The notes under the pieces: generated by a model
Databases searched by the model: none
What the model was told of the DNA's origin: nothing
What the model saw: only the letters and a program-made list of their open reading frames with translations
Translations under genes and position numbers: made by a program
Shown: positions 33,110-42,735 of the stretch, in pieces
How positions within the stretch are numbered: position 1 is the first letter of the stretch
Layout of the letters: each line of letters opens with the position of its first letter
Virus record (IMG/VR): IMGVR_UViG_3300037424_001871
Span: 1-44,563 of that record
Length of the DNA: 44,563 bases
Reading direction: 5' to 3' (one strand)
From: a virus
Lineage: Duplodnaviria > Caudoviricetes

Positions 33110-36100
33110 CTAGATGGTCACTTCCGCGTCGAGATCGACCAGCGTAAACGGGCCTGGCTTCGCCTTGGTCAGCGGAACCTCGGGATCGTAGGTGCGGCCC
33201 TGGCCCGGCGCCAGATAGGTGCCGTCCGCCGGTGCCGCTCCGCCAAACGTCCTGCCCATGAACGTGAACTCGGTCGCGTCCTGGACAACGGCGATTGCCT
33301 TTTTCACCCGGCGCCGACGGCGGCGCTGGCCGCGCTCCGGCCCCTCGCCCTCGTTGGGGAGCCACGGCCCTATGTCGAGGGTGAACGGCAAGCCGGCCAT
33401 GACAGTCGCAGCCGAAAAGTCGTCGCCACTTTCTTCCACGAGATCGCCGTTCGAATCGACGGCGCGGGTGCCGAGATAGGTCGTGCCGTCCATCAGCGCG
33501 ACATCGAGGCCGGCGAGAAACCACAGGCGGCCGCTGCTGTCGTCGGGGTCGGGGCGCAAAGCCGGCGTCGCCAGGTTCAGCGGCACGCCGCCATCGACAT
33601 ACTGCTCCTTGTCCAGCGTCTCGATCGCCCACGGCAAGTCGCTGTCGTCGGCCTGATACTGGACGTTGAAACGGACCTCGCCGCCAAGGGCCGAAATCCA
33701 TTTGATCGTGCCTTCGCCGGTGACGGGGACGAAGCCGACCCACTCGTTCGACGGATCGAATTTGCCGACCAGTGCCGTGCCGCCGGCAAGCAGCACCCAC
33801 AGGTATTGCTCGGCCGTCGTGCCGCCACCGCTCATCGCCGCCAGTGCGCGGACCTCGCTTGTGAACAGGTCCGCATGGAAATCGGAGATCGAAGCCGCGC
33901 GATAGGGGAACGCCGTCTGGCCGGTCGGAATGATGCCGATCAGCGTCTTGCCGTCCGCCGCCGCGTAGACGATGCCCTCCTGCATCGCGACGGGCCTCAC
34001 CGACAGTGCGCCGATGGCGGCGATTTGGCGGAACGCCACGCTGCCCGGCTGCAGCGGACTGGCCTCCGAAATCGGAATGTACATGACGCCCTGATCGGTG
34101 ATCACAAACTGGTCGGGGCCGCCGACGACATGCAGCACGCGCACATTGCCGGGCGCATATTCCAGAAAGCCCGAATCCGCGTCGGCGCCGACAGCGAGAT
34201 CGCGCGCTGCACCGACGGCGCCCCATGCAATGCCGCGGGGGACCTGCGGAAAATCGGAAAGCGTGACGCGCGATCGGTCGTAGGACGCGCTTCGCGGCCA
34301 GCCGCGATAGTCGCTCATCAGCGCCTCGTCCCATACCGGCGAGGCGGCGAGCGTGATTTCGGCGGGTGTGCCGCTGACGACGGCCGAGCCGGCGCCAGAG
34401 GCGATCCGCTCGGTGTCGATGAAGTTGCTGCCTTCGTACACGATGACGTCGAGCCCGGTGGTGGAATTGAATGCAACAGCGAGACCGACCGCGCCGCTGG
34501 TCTCGCCCAGGACGACGTCGCCAAGCCTGAAGGAATCGCGGCCGTTTGCAGTCGTGCAGACGACGCGCACCGTCGGCGGCAGTTTTTCGATGACCGCGGC
34601 CGTTCCCGCCTGTGCGCTGGTGACGGACCTGATCATCAGTTCACGGCCATGGAAGCGGAACGATGTGCCGACGTGCAGCGGATCGAGGGCGGGGCCGTCG
34701 AAGGTGACGTTGATGGTGCCGGTGCGCGCCGAGCACGTCATGGCGATCCCGCGCGTCGCGTAGCGGTAGTAGGGCTGCCGCTTGGCGCCGGCCGCCGTTT
34801 CCTCGAAGCGGAATGCCGACAGGATCCAGTTGGTGTCGGAGACCGCGGCAACCGGCTTCGTGAACACGACCTGGGCGATGTACATCGTCGCGGCCGAACC
34901 GCCTTGCGCAACCACCACCCACAAATAGTCGTATGCGGTCAGCGAGTCGGAGGAGGTGACGGTACGGCCGGCTGATTCGTCGGCGGTGTCGGCCGTCGGC
35001 CCGGTGCTGCCAAGGCTGGTTCCGTCCGTCGGCGAGGCCGGCGCCGAGCCGTTCTTGCCGTAAAGCGTGATCGTGACGTTGGGCGTGCCGCCGGCCACGA
35101 ACCCCGCATCGTTCGATCCGTAGACCTTTGCGCTGACGCAGGCGCTGGGGTCTGCCGACAGATCGATGCCGAGCATCAGTGATGTCGCCGACGCCTTCGA
35201 TAGGCATTGCGACGAGGCGCGGCTGGTCGTGGCGTCGAAGGCGCGCCGCAGTTCCGTCGTTTCCGTGATCGATTCGACGGCGACGGTCGCGGCGTAGGGC
35301 TGCACGGTCGCCGTCGAAAGCGTAAAGGCGCCGGGGTCTTGCGGGCTTGTCGCCGTATCCTTGTCGGCGCCGGCGCAAAAGACGCCGTACTGCAACGGCG
35401 TCACCGCCCTGGCTTGAAGCACATTGCCATAGCCGCTGGGCGCCGCGGTCACCGCCGGCACCTGCGACGAGCCGCCGATATCGGACTCCGTGACGATCGC
35501 CAGCGACAGCGTCTTGCGCGCGCCCCACGATGGCGTCAGCGACGGCGGATTGATCACGAAGCCGGGATCAAAATCGCCTTCGACCGCGTTGCCATTCGTG
35601 ATGCGGTAGGCGATATGAGCCGCACGCTGAGCGCTCGAAGTGGTGATCGTCAGCGTCGACCCTTCGGCCCCAGACGCGCGCCTGACATAGATCGCGCCGG
35701 TGGAGTTGTTGGCGTAGACGTCAAGCAGAGTCCACCCCGCCGGTGTAGCCGGGCTGCTTTGGTTCATCGAGCGAAAGACGACCACGAGCCAATCGCCGGC
35801 GACGATGCCGGCAGGCAGGGCAATTATGTGCGTGTTCGAGGCATATTCGGTGGTGCTCGTCGCCGTGCCGGCAACATCGGGATAATCGATCGAAGAGACC
35901 GCATCGCCAAACGGCGTGCCGTCATTCCCTGAAATGGTCGCTGAGGCGCCGAGGCGCAGATACCAGAGCGATGTTCCCTGGTAGGCCAGCACGATTTCTC
36001 GTTCGACCTGCGCCATCGATATCTTGTCGACGCTGTCGAGCGTCCACGGCATTCCGGCAAAATCGCCGACGAGCGCTCCGGTATCGTCCCTGATTTCGAG

Positions 36101-36352
36101 GCCGGCATTCGTGAACAGAAACTCGAACTCGATGTCCGACGAAATGCGCACGGTTTCGGTGCGACCGTTGCCCGTCGCGTAAGCCGAGCGGCCAAATCGC
36201 TGTGCCAGAGCGCCGCTCGCCAGCGGCCGCGTGTTGACCGACCGCCTCAGCCCGGCGCGCTGCAGCTTGAGGTCGTCACGCCTGGCGGCGCGCTCGGTGA
36301 TCTGGCCGGCGGAGAAGTCGCGCTGGACGACCGTGAGCGAGGGCAGGGACAT
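33110..36352 (-). CDS. Tail tubular protein B / nozzle with large internal insertion
   Basis: QRDFSAGQI N-terminus and GWPRSASY propeller motif; follows tubular A. Confidence 0.75.
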   Translation of the reverse strand: MSLPSLTVVQRDFSAGQITERAARRDDLKLQRAGLRRSVNTRPLASGALAQRFGRSAYATGNGRTETVRISSDIEFEFLFTNAGLEIRDDTGALVGDFAGMPWTLDSVDKISMAQVEREIVLAYQGTSLWYLRLGASATISGNDGTPFGDAVSSIDYPDVAGTATSTTEYASNTHIIALPAGIVAGDWLVVVFRSMNQSSPATPAGWTLLDVYANNSTGAIYVRRASGAEGSTLTITTSSAQRAAHIAYRITNGNAVEGDFDPGFVINPPSLTPSWGARKTLSLAIVTESDIGGSSQVPAVTAAPSGYGNVLQARAVTPLQYGVFCAGADKDTATSPQDPGAFTLSTATVQPYAATVAVESITETTELRRAFDATTSRASSQCLSKASATSLMLGIDLSADPSACVSAKVYGSNDAGFVAGGTPNVTITLYGKNGSAPASPTDGTSLGSTGPTADTADESAGRTVTSSDSLTAYDYLWVVVAQGGSAATMYIAQVVFTKPVAAVSDTNWILSAFRFEETAAGAKRQPYYRYATRGIAMTCSARTGTINVTFDGPALDPLHVGTSFRFHGRELMIRSVTSAQAGTAAVIEKLPPTVRVVCTTANGRDSFRLGDVVLGETSGAVGLAVAFNSTTGLDVIVYEGSNFIDTERIASGAGSAVVSGTPAEITLAASPVWDEALMSDYRGWPRSASYDRSRVTLSDFPQVPRGIAWGAVGAARDLAVGADADSGFLEYAPGNVRVLHVVGGPDQFVITDQGVMYIPISEASPLQPGSVAFRQIAAIGALSVRPVAMQEGIVYAAADGKTLIGIIPTGQTAFPYRAASISDFHADLFTSEVRALAAMSGGGTTAEQYLWVLLAGGTALVGKFDPSNEWVGFVPVTGEGTIKWISALGGEVRFNVQYQADDSDLPWAIETLDKEQYVDGGVPLNLATPALRPDPDDSSGRLWFLAGLDVALMDGTTYLGTRAVDSNGDLVEESGDDFSAATVMAGLPFTLDIGPWLPNEGEGPERGQRRRRRRVKKAIAVVQDATEFTFMGRTFGGAAPADGTYLAPGQGRTYDPEVPLTKAKPGPFTLVDLDAEVTI

Positions 36353-36355
36353 CGG

Positions 36356-37012
36356 CTACAGCGCCTGCGGCCCGCCGCCGGAGCGGCGCCGCTCCCGCAT
36401 CGTCGACACGAAGCGGATGCGCGACGGCTGCTGCTGGTCGGTGCGCGTGCGCACCAGCGGAATGACCGTGCTTTCGACGTCATCCTCGCGGCGCTTCGCC
36501 TCGGTGTAGTCTTCATTGATGGCGCGCAGGATGCCGATCTCGACCTTGCGCCGCAGAATCTCCCAGAACAGGTTCGACACGTCGGACGTCGGCGGCATCT
36601 GAATGAACGTCGCGACCGGGGCGTCGCTGGCGCCGGTGGTGTCGTAGTCCATGCAGATGTAGCGGCCGATGATCTCGTAGGGGATCGGCGTGCCGCCCGG
36701 CGCCTCGACGGTTTCCAGCCACAGGGCAAGAACCGGCCAGTAATAGACCGAGCCGTAGCGGTTCGACGGGTTCTCGTCGGCACCGGCTGCTTCAAGCGCC
36801 TCGGTCGCCCTGGCGAAGTTCCAGGGGTGGCGCTCGAGCAGCAGCGGCAGTTCGCGGTCATAGGCCCGGCTGACGCGGTCCTCGACGAAATAGGCGCTGT
36901 TCTGGTCGGTGATGGGGGCGTCTGGGTCGAGGGCGTCGAGGCCGGCTTGATCGATCAGGCCGTTCGCGGTTCCCGCCAGTGCGTCGTTGCAAATGCTGAG
37001 CTTGGAGGTCAT
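36356..37012 (-). CDS. Tail tubular protein A / adaptor
   Basis: SKLSICNDAL...LLERHPWNFA. Confidence 0.8.
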   Translation of the reverse strand: MTSKLSICNDALAGTANGLIDQAGLDALDPDAPITDQNSAYFVEDRVSRAYDRELPLLLERHPWNFARATEALEAAGADENPSNRYGSVYYWPVLALWLETVEAPGGTPIPYEIIGRYICMDYDTTGASDAPVATFIQMPPTSDVSNLFWEILRRKVEIGILRAINEDYTEAKRREDDVESTVIPLVRTRTDQQQPSRIRFVSTMRERRRSGGGPQAL

Positions 37013-37043
37013 GGCGGCAGGCTACGCGCCCGCCGCCGCGCCT

Positions 37044-37052
37044 CAACGCACC
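37044..37052 (-). promoter_or_regulatory. GGTGCGTTG late-promoter motif (tail tubular genes)
   Basis: Motif, 19 nt, TAGCCT, 6 nt, ATG 37012. Confidence 0.7.
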
Positions 37053-37054
37053 TA

Positions 37055-38089
37055 TCAGGAGCCGACGGCGACCGTGCCGAGGCCGGCCTTGCCGGCGCCA
37101 ACGGCCGGGTTCGACACATAGAGTTTGCCGGACACGGCAGCCTCTTCCCAGAAATCGAAGCCGATGGCGTAGCAGGTGGAACCATTGACCAGCACGCCGC
37201 CGTTCTGGGTGGCGTTGATCTCGAACACGCCGCTCGACGAGGCGCCGCCGGTGAAGATGCCGGAGTTGGTGAAACCGACGCGGTCGAAGTACGCGCCCAT
37301 GTCCTGCACGGCCGAGGCGGCGAGCTCGATCAAACGGGCACCGGCCGCGCTGGCACGCATCGACACGAGGCCGCCGCGGAACAGGTTGCGCGACACGGCA
37401 CCGGCCACCTGGATTGCCGTGGCAAGCCCGGACGCACCGAGGAACACCGTCTCAAGGCCGATGTAGCAATCCTCGAACAGGTTCTCCGAGCCGGCAAGCC
37501 ACAGGCTCGATCCGCCATCGACGTCCATCGCATTCGCGCCGGTCGAATCGCCGAGGCCGGAGATCGTCACGTTTTTGAGGGCGTTGCGCTGGCCGGTCAC
37601 CTTGACCGCCGCCGGGACGCCGCCGCCTTCGCCGGTGCCACCAGTCCAGCCGTTGACGCCGTGAAACACGGACACGTTCTCGATGCGGCAGTTGTCGGCG
37701 CTGATCAGCAGCGGAATTTCGGTCGTGACGTCGGTCGTTTCCGGCGAGATGCGGGCGCGCTGCTGGGCGTGGTTGCCGGAACCGACGCCGATCAGGTGGA
37801 CGTTGTCCTTGCTCCATGCGAGACCGCCGGTGGCGACGCGCGCCGTCGTCAGCGCGGCGGAGTCGGCAGTGCCGATGAGAACGACGGTGTCGTTCTGGTT
37901 GGCCGTCGCCATGTCATGGGCGAGCGCGATATCCTGGACTGCGGTGTCGGGCGTCAGCGCGCCCTTGCCGTCGTCGCCGTGATAGGGATCGCAGAAAATC
38001 AGCCGGCCAGCACCCAGGATCGGAACCGAAGCCGCCATCAGCGCGCCGCGGATATCGTCGGGAAGCGTCTTGAAAGTCCAGTCGACCAT
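37055..38089 (-). CDS. Beta-helix (pectin-lyase-like) virion protein, possible head spike
   Basis: Repeating I/V-x-x-N strands (ISADNCRIENV; VTGQRNALKNV). Confidence 0.6.
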   Translation of the reverse strand: MVDWTFKTLPDDIRGALMAASVPILGAGRLIFCDPYHGDDGKGALTPDTAVQDIALAHDMATANQNDTVVLIGTADSAALTTARVATGGLAWSKDNVHLIGVGSGNHAQQRARISPETTDVTTEIPLLISADNCRIENVSVFHGVNGWTGGTGEGGGVPAAVKVTGQRNALKNVTISGLGDSTGANAMDVDGGSSLWLAGSENLFEDCYIGLETVFLGASGLATAIQVAGAVSRNLFRGGLVSMRASAAGARLIELAASAVQDMGAYFDRVGFTNSGIFTGGASSSGVFEINATQNGGVLVNGSTCYAIGFDFWEEAAVSGKLYVSNPAVGAGKAGLGTVAVGS

Positions 38090-38101
38090 CGTCTTGCTCC
38101 G

Positions 38102-38455
38102 TCAGGTCTGCGGCGCCGTGGCGCGGCGCGCCAGTTCCGCCTTGATGATGTCGTCGGCCGCCTGAGCCTCGGTCTTGCCGTCTGGCACCTTGAGTTCGCC
38201 GGCGATCTGCTTGGCAATGCTCGCGCGTTGGGTCCAGTGCATTGCGGCCCAGTTGTCCGGGATCGGCACGAGGACCCCGAGCTCTTTGACCAGCGGCTTG
38301 CCGTTCGGGAACGCAGCGTCGACGGCTGCCTTGGCGACGTCGTCAAGCGGCTGCCAGTTGCGGCCGGGCGTGGCGTCCGAAGTGAACGTCTCTCCTGGCT
38401 TTATGGTGACGCCGCGCCCCATGTAGAGCGCGGCTTGGGCCCGATATCTTGCCAT
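38102..38455 (-). CDS. Hypothetical protein
   Basis: PGRNWQPLDD motif; head operon. Confidence 0.65.
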   Translation of the reverse strand: MARYRAQAALYMGRGVTIKPGETFTSDATPGRNWQPLDDVAKAAVDAAFPNGKPLVKELGVLVPIPDNWAAMHWTQRASIAKQIAGELKVPDGKTEAQAADDIIKAELARRATAPQT

Positions 38456-38463
38456 CGATCAGC

Positions 38464-38943
38464 CTAGTTGACGCCCGTCGACCAACTGCTTTCGTAGACG
38501 CGGGTGTCTTCCCGGTTGTCGGAGATCCATGCGTCGATCTTGCCGGCGGTGAAGGCGTGCGACCCGACGTTGTAGCGGAGGCCGAGATAACGCTTGTAGG
38601 CGCCGGCTGGAAGCGGAATGCCGTCGGCGATCTTGTAGCCGGCGACCAGCGTCGCCTCGGCGAGCTGCGCGATGGTCAGGTGCGTCGTCGCCGAGCCGGA
38701 ATCGAGGCCGACGTTCGCATCGCTTTCAAGCGTGATGTCGAGCGTGCCGTCTTCCTCGGCGGTGTCGAACGCGGTGTTGACCCGCATGTGGAGGTAAAGC
38801 GGCTGACCGGCGCCGATGTCGCGCACGGTGTTTGCCGTCAGGCCCTTGATGGCGCCGGAGATAAGGTCGATCACGTTCTCCGAAATCTGGTCGGTCGTGA
38901 CCGCGTCGGCCCAGGAGAGGGTGTTCTGCTTGTCGATCAACAT
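38464..38943 (-). CDS. Capsid cement/decoration protein (Bbp16-like)
   Basis: MLIDKQNTLS...SENVIDL...RDIGAG...RYLGLRY...TAGKIDA. Confidence 0.8.
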   Translation of the reverse strand: MLIDKQNTLSWADAVTTDQISENVIDLISGAIKGLTANTVRDIGAGQPLYLHMRVNTAFDTAEEDGTLDITLESDANVGLDSGSATTHLTIAQLAEATLVAGYKIADGIPLPAGAYKRYLGLRYNVGSHAFTAGKIDAWISDNREDTRVYESSWSTGVN

Positions 38944-38993
38944 GGCGGTTCTCTCGTTCCTCGTTCGGTGGCCAGCGCCAGGCGGGCGCGCAG

Positions 38994-39980
38994 TCAGGTG
39001 ACGCGGGTTTCGTCGGCCTGCATCTGGTCGACCTTGCGGATCGGAATGGTGTCGAACATGATCTTCCGGCGGCCTTCCTCGTTACCGACGGTCAGGTACA
39101 CGTTCGCCTGCTTCATGCACTGGATGCGCAGCATGGTCGACAGGGTGCGGTTCATGTAGAACGCCGGCCGGCCACCCTCGGATGGCAGCTTGTCGACCAT
39201 TCCAGCCATCAGTTCGAGGATCGCCGCGGCGCCGGTCTGCGCGACCAGCAACGACTTGTCGATGTTGACGGCGCGCACGACGTTCCGCCAATCGGCGACG
39301 ACCAGGCCGCAGTTCCACGCAAACTCTTCCTCGTAGACCGAGTAGCGGCCGCCGTTGTCGGAGTCGGTGATCTGCTGCACGCCCATGTCGGTGCGCGAGA
39401 TGCCGACCTTCGAACCGCGCGGATAGATGCCGAACACGCGCCGGCCCCAGTTGACAAGCAGGATGGAGGCGTTGTCGGAGCCGGTGCCGCCGGCGTCGAT
39501 GATGTTCTCGCCGGTGATGCCGGTGAGGCTCTCGAAGCGCGGCATGATGCCGTTGAACTTGGCCGGGGCGGTCGACGAGGCACCGGTGAGCAGCGTCGAC
39601 ACGAAGGACTGGTTGAAGCCCTCGAGGATATCCTTCGCCTGATTGAGCCGCGTCAGGTTCGGATTCGGGCTCATATCGAGCAGGTCCTTGTCGACCTGCG
39701 AGCGGTTCTTCATGCGGCCGATCGGCTCGTCGACCTGCGCGCGGCCGGACTTGCTCGGCGTCACGCCTTCGTAGAAGCGCACCCACTGGGGCTCGGGAAT
39801 CGAGATCGTCTGGACAGAGCGGTGGGAAGTGCCGCCGTTGGCCTCTTCCCAGGTCATGTCGTCGAGGATCGGGTTGTCCTGCGCCAGCAGGTTGACGACG
39901 TCGGCCTCGATGCTGCCGTCAGGCAACGTCTCTTTCGCGATGTCGGCCATCGTGAGGTAGGAAGCAGCGAGCGTGGTCAT
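38994..39980 (-). CDS. Major capsid protein (BPP-1 Bbp17-like)
   Basis: LAQDNPILDDMTWEEAN...GLVVADWRNVVRAVNID; follows the scaffold gene. Confidence 0.9.
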   Translation of the reverse strand: MTTLAASYLTMADIAKETLPDGSIEADVVNLLAQDNPILDDMTWEEANGGTSHRSVQTISIPEPQWVRFYEGVTPSKSGRAQVDEPIGRMKNRSQVDKDLLDMSPNPNLTRLNQAKDILEGFNQSFVSTLLTGASSTAPAKFNGIMPRFESLTGITGENIIDAGGTGSDNASILLVNWGRRVFGIYPRGSKVGISRTDMGVQQITDSDNGGRYSVYEEEFAWNCGLVVADWRNVVRAVNIDKSLLVAQTGAAAILELMAGMVDKLPSEGGRPAFYMNRTLSTMLRIQCMKQANVYLTVGNEEGRRKIMFDTIPIRKVDQMQADETRVT

Positions 39981-39982
39981 GG

Positions 39983-40699
39983 TCAGCTAGCCTTCGGTTG
40001 TGCGTACCAACGGTCCTGTACGGTCGTGGGCTGGGGAGCGGGGTCGGCCGTCCGGCCGGGGTTCAGCGGGGCAACGTTGCCGTCCTTGAACAGCGTCTCG
40101 AAGAACTCGACGGCTGCGGCGCTGATGATGTGGGTGTCGATGAACTTGGCCTTCTCGGCGCCGACCGCCGCCTCGATGCGCTTGCCGAGATCGGCCCGGC
40201 GCACGTCGGCATTGGCGCCAAGCTTTTTGTTGTCCGCGGCGAAGTCGGTCGCTGCTTTCTGATAGCGATCGAGCTCGTAGGCGTTGAAGGCGCGGGTGAG
40301 GTCCTGGAACAGCGCCGGGTCCGCCCTGTGCTGGTGCAGCACCGGCAGGGCGCGCGTCAGCAGGTCGGTGTTCGGCTTGAACTGGACGCCGTCCGGCAGC
40401 TTCACGCCCTCGGGCAGCATCTGTTCCGGCAGCTTGTAGAAGTCGCCGGCCTTGTCGGCGGTCTTCGGGAAGTCCTTGAAGGTCTCGGCCTGCTTAACGC
40501 GATCGGCCTCAAACGCGGCCAGCGTCTCGGCAACCTCGTTCGTGCGCAGGCCGGTCGTCGGGTCCCAATACGAATCGGGCAGCTTCTCAGGCTTGGCCGG
40601 AGGGCTCGCCGGGGGGGATTGGTCGCCTGGCGCCGCGGCCTCGGGCGCCGGGGGCGGCGTCTGGACGGGCGGCTGGGCGTTGTTCGGTTCGACGGGCAT
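39983..40699 (-). CDS. Capsid scaffolding protein
   Basis: Pro-rich N-terminus, PEKLPDSYWD; between portal and MCP. Confidence 0.7.
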   Translation of the reverse strand: MPVEPNNAQPPVQTPPPAPEAAAPGDQSPPASPPAKPEKLPDSYWDPTTGLRTNEVAETLAAFEADRVKQAETFKDFPKTADKAGDFYKLPEQMLPEGVKLPDGVQFKPNTDLLTRALPVLHQHRADPALFQDLTRAFNAYELDRYQKAATDFAADNKKLGANADVRRADLGKRIEAAVGAEKAKFIDTHIISAAAVEFFETLFKDGNVAPLNPGRTADPAPQPTTVQDRWYAQPKAS

Positions 40700-40892
40700 C
40701 GAGGTCGCGTGTCAGCTTGTCGTAAATCTCGCGCGCAAGCCTGCGGCGACCTGTGTGTTCGCTCAACGCACCGCTTTCCGAGCCCGTCACCGGCAGGCTG
40801 AAAATCACGTCGTAGAGCCAGTCGACGAGGGCCGCGCCGTCGAGCGTGCGGCCGATATTGGCCAGCGCAATATCCTGTTCTTCGCGCGTCAT
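40587..40892 (-). CDS. Bbp19-like small protein
   Basis: Coupled to the portal stop; EHTGRRRLAREI motif. Confidence 0.6.
   Translation of the reverse strand: MTREEQDIALANIGRTLDGAALVDWLYDVIFSLPVTGSESGALSEHTGRRRLAREIYDKLTRDLDARRTEQRPAARPDAAPGARGRGARRPIPPGEPSGQA
40764..40772 (-). promoter_or_regulatory. GGTGCGTTG late-promoter motif (scaffold/capsid)
   Basis: Motif, 20 nt, CAGGCT, upstream of scaffold ATG 40699. Confidence 0.6.
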
Positions 40893-42550
40893 GCGGTACC
40901 TGCCGTTGGCGCCGGTGGAGTACCCTGACCGGCGCTGCCGTCACCGCCGAGCAGTTGGCCGGCGCCCATATCGACAAGCTGCTTGATCTTTTCCGTCACT
41001 TCTTCGTCAGAGCGCAGCACCACGAGTTCGTCGCGGAGCTTCTTCTGAAAATTGCGCAGCGTCTTGCCCTCGTCGACCATCACTCGCCACATGGTCGGTG
41101 CGATCGCGGCGCCGATCTGGGCAAAACGGACGGCGGTCGAAACCTCTTGCGTGTCCTGCGCCCGTTCGGCCGGATTGTACGGCCTCAGCGAGACGTTGTC
41201 GGGAACACCAAGATCCTTCGGCTTCTTCACGACGCCGCGCTTTTCGGCGAGATAGCGGAAACGCTGGAACACCTCGTAGGGGAACTCGTACCAGTAGGCG
41301 AAGCCCGGCGTGCCGATGCGTCGCTGGCGGATCACCAGCTCGTCGACCCATTGTGTCGCTGTCGGCGGCGTCTTGCCCTGCTGTTCGGGGACGTCGATGT
41401 AGTGCAGGCGCTTGATGCGCTGCTGCAGGTGGTCGACCTCGAAGAGCGCCGCCTGAATAGGCCGCGGCTCGTAGATGTCCTCGAACGCCGGTTTGCCACC
41501 GCTTGCCCGCTTCGCATAGAACTCGGCGGGGCGCACCCCCGTGCTCGGCAGGTTGAGCACGCCGTCGTCCTCGTAAGCCTTCGGCGGGCGCAGCGTGAAG
41601 TCGACGTTCTCGATGAGCGCGGCGCGCAGTTCGTCAAGCTGCACAAGATCGGGCAGCGATTTGACCAGCGGGCCATCTGGCCAGGCAAAATCGGGGGTGG
41701 CACCGAAGCGGCCGACCAGCAGCGCGATCGAGCCGTCGCCGAACGACGTGGCGTCGTGGATCAGTTCGCCGGCGACTAGCACGACATGCTGCCACTCGAC
41801 GTCGCCCTCGTTCTGCCAGTTGCGCCACCAAGCCCAGACGACATCGACATCGGTGTTGCCGGCGGTGCGGACCTTGCGCGCCTGTTCGTCCGGCAGCTTG
41901 GCATAGATCGTCGAATCGAGCAGCGCCGGCAAATGGCGATATTTCGTGTGGCGGGTGACGCTGCGGAAATCAGGCCGGCCATCGGGACCGAGATCGAAGT
42001 CGAGCTCGCGGATCGGCACGCCGAGGCAGATGATCGGTTGGCCCTTGCCGGGATCGCGCACGAGCAGCGCGTTGACGCCGATTGCGGCGTCCGGCCGGCC
42101 TGCCTTGGCGATTTCAGCGTAGAAGTTCGACGCACGAATCTGGTCGAAAACCTTCTTGTCCTCGGCCCTGATCTTCTTGTTGGTGTCCTCGACCTCTGGA
42201 TCTTCCTGGCCGTCGGGATCGGGGTTCGTCGGCAGCGCGCGCTCCGCCCACCAGCCTTCGCGCGGCATGAAGGTATCGATCAGCATCGACATGAAGTCGT
42301 CGACGACCTCAAAACCGAACGACGTCTGCAACTGGCGATCGTCGCCCGGTGGGTTCGGCGTTGCGCTGCTGTTCGAAGACTGCTCCCTGATACGCCGCGG
42401 CGCCGTGTAGAAGTAGCAATTCTGGTGATCGTTGAGGATCGACGATTTCTGGTTGCGGGCGTCCTCGAGACGCTGAAGCGCCTCGTCCTTGAGCTTCTTG
42501 CGCGCTCCCGCCGCCTTGTCGAAGTCGGATGTTTCAACCGTGGCGGCCAT
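40889..42550 (-). CDS. Portal (head-to-tail connector) protein
   Basis: 553 aa; GPLVKSLPD...LRPP...TPPTATQW motifs of podoviral connectors. Confidence 0.85.
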   Translation of the reverse strand: MAATVETSDFDKAAGARKKLKDEALQRLEDARNQKSSILNDHQNCYFYTAPRRIREQSSNSSATPNPPGDDRQLQTSFGFEVVDDFMSMLIDTFMPREGWWAERALPTNPDPDGQEDPEVEDTNKKIRAEDKKVFDQIRASNFYAEIAKAGRPDAAIGVNALLVRDPGKGQPIICLGVPIRELDFDLGPDGRPDFRSVTRHTKYRHLPALLDSTIYAKLPDEQARKVRTAGNTDVDVVWAWWRNWQNEGDVEWQHVVLVAGELIHDATSFGDGSIALLVGRFGATPDFAWPDGPLVKSLPDLVQLDELRAALIENVDFTLRPPKAYEDDGVLNLPSTGVRPAEFYAKRASGGKPAFEDIYEPRPIQAALFEVDHLQQRIKRLHYIDVPEQQGKTPPTATQWVDELVIRQRRIGTPGFAYWYEFPYEVFQRFRYLAEKRGVVKKPKDLGVPDNVSLRPYNPAERAQDTQEVSTAVRFAQIGAAIAPTMWRVMVDEGKTLRNFQKKLRDELVVLRSDEEVTEKIKQLVDMGAGQLLGGDGSAGQGTPPAPTAGTA

Positions 42551-42735
42551 CAGAACGTCCCACTGCCGAAGCCGACCAACGATTGCGTACCGAACAACCG
42601 CATCAGTTGCTCGGTGCGCTTCTGCGCCTCATCCTGGATAGCTGTCAGGCGCTCCGCGTCAGCCGCTGCCGCCGCGTTCTTCTCGGCCGGCGTCGCCTCG
42701 GGCACTTTCACCTTCGGGCTGAACAGGTCGCCCAT
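42550..42735 (-). CDS. Small virion protein upstream of portal
   Basis: MGDLFSPKVKVPE..., typical at this position; SD GGAG. Confidence 0.6.
   Translation of the reverse strand: MGDLFSPKVKVPEATPAEKNAAAAADAERLTAIQDEAQKRTEQLMRLFGTQSLVGFGSGTF

Noticed and set aside
24076-33110. Invertible segment controlled by a DNA invertase
   Set aside because: No flanking inverted repeats, and the only resolvase-like ORF lacks catalytic residues.
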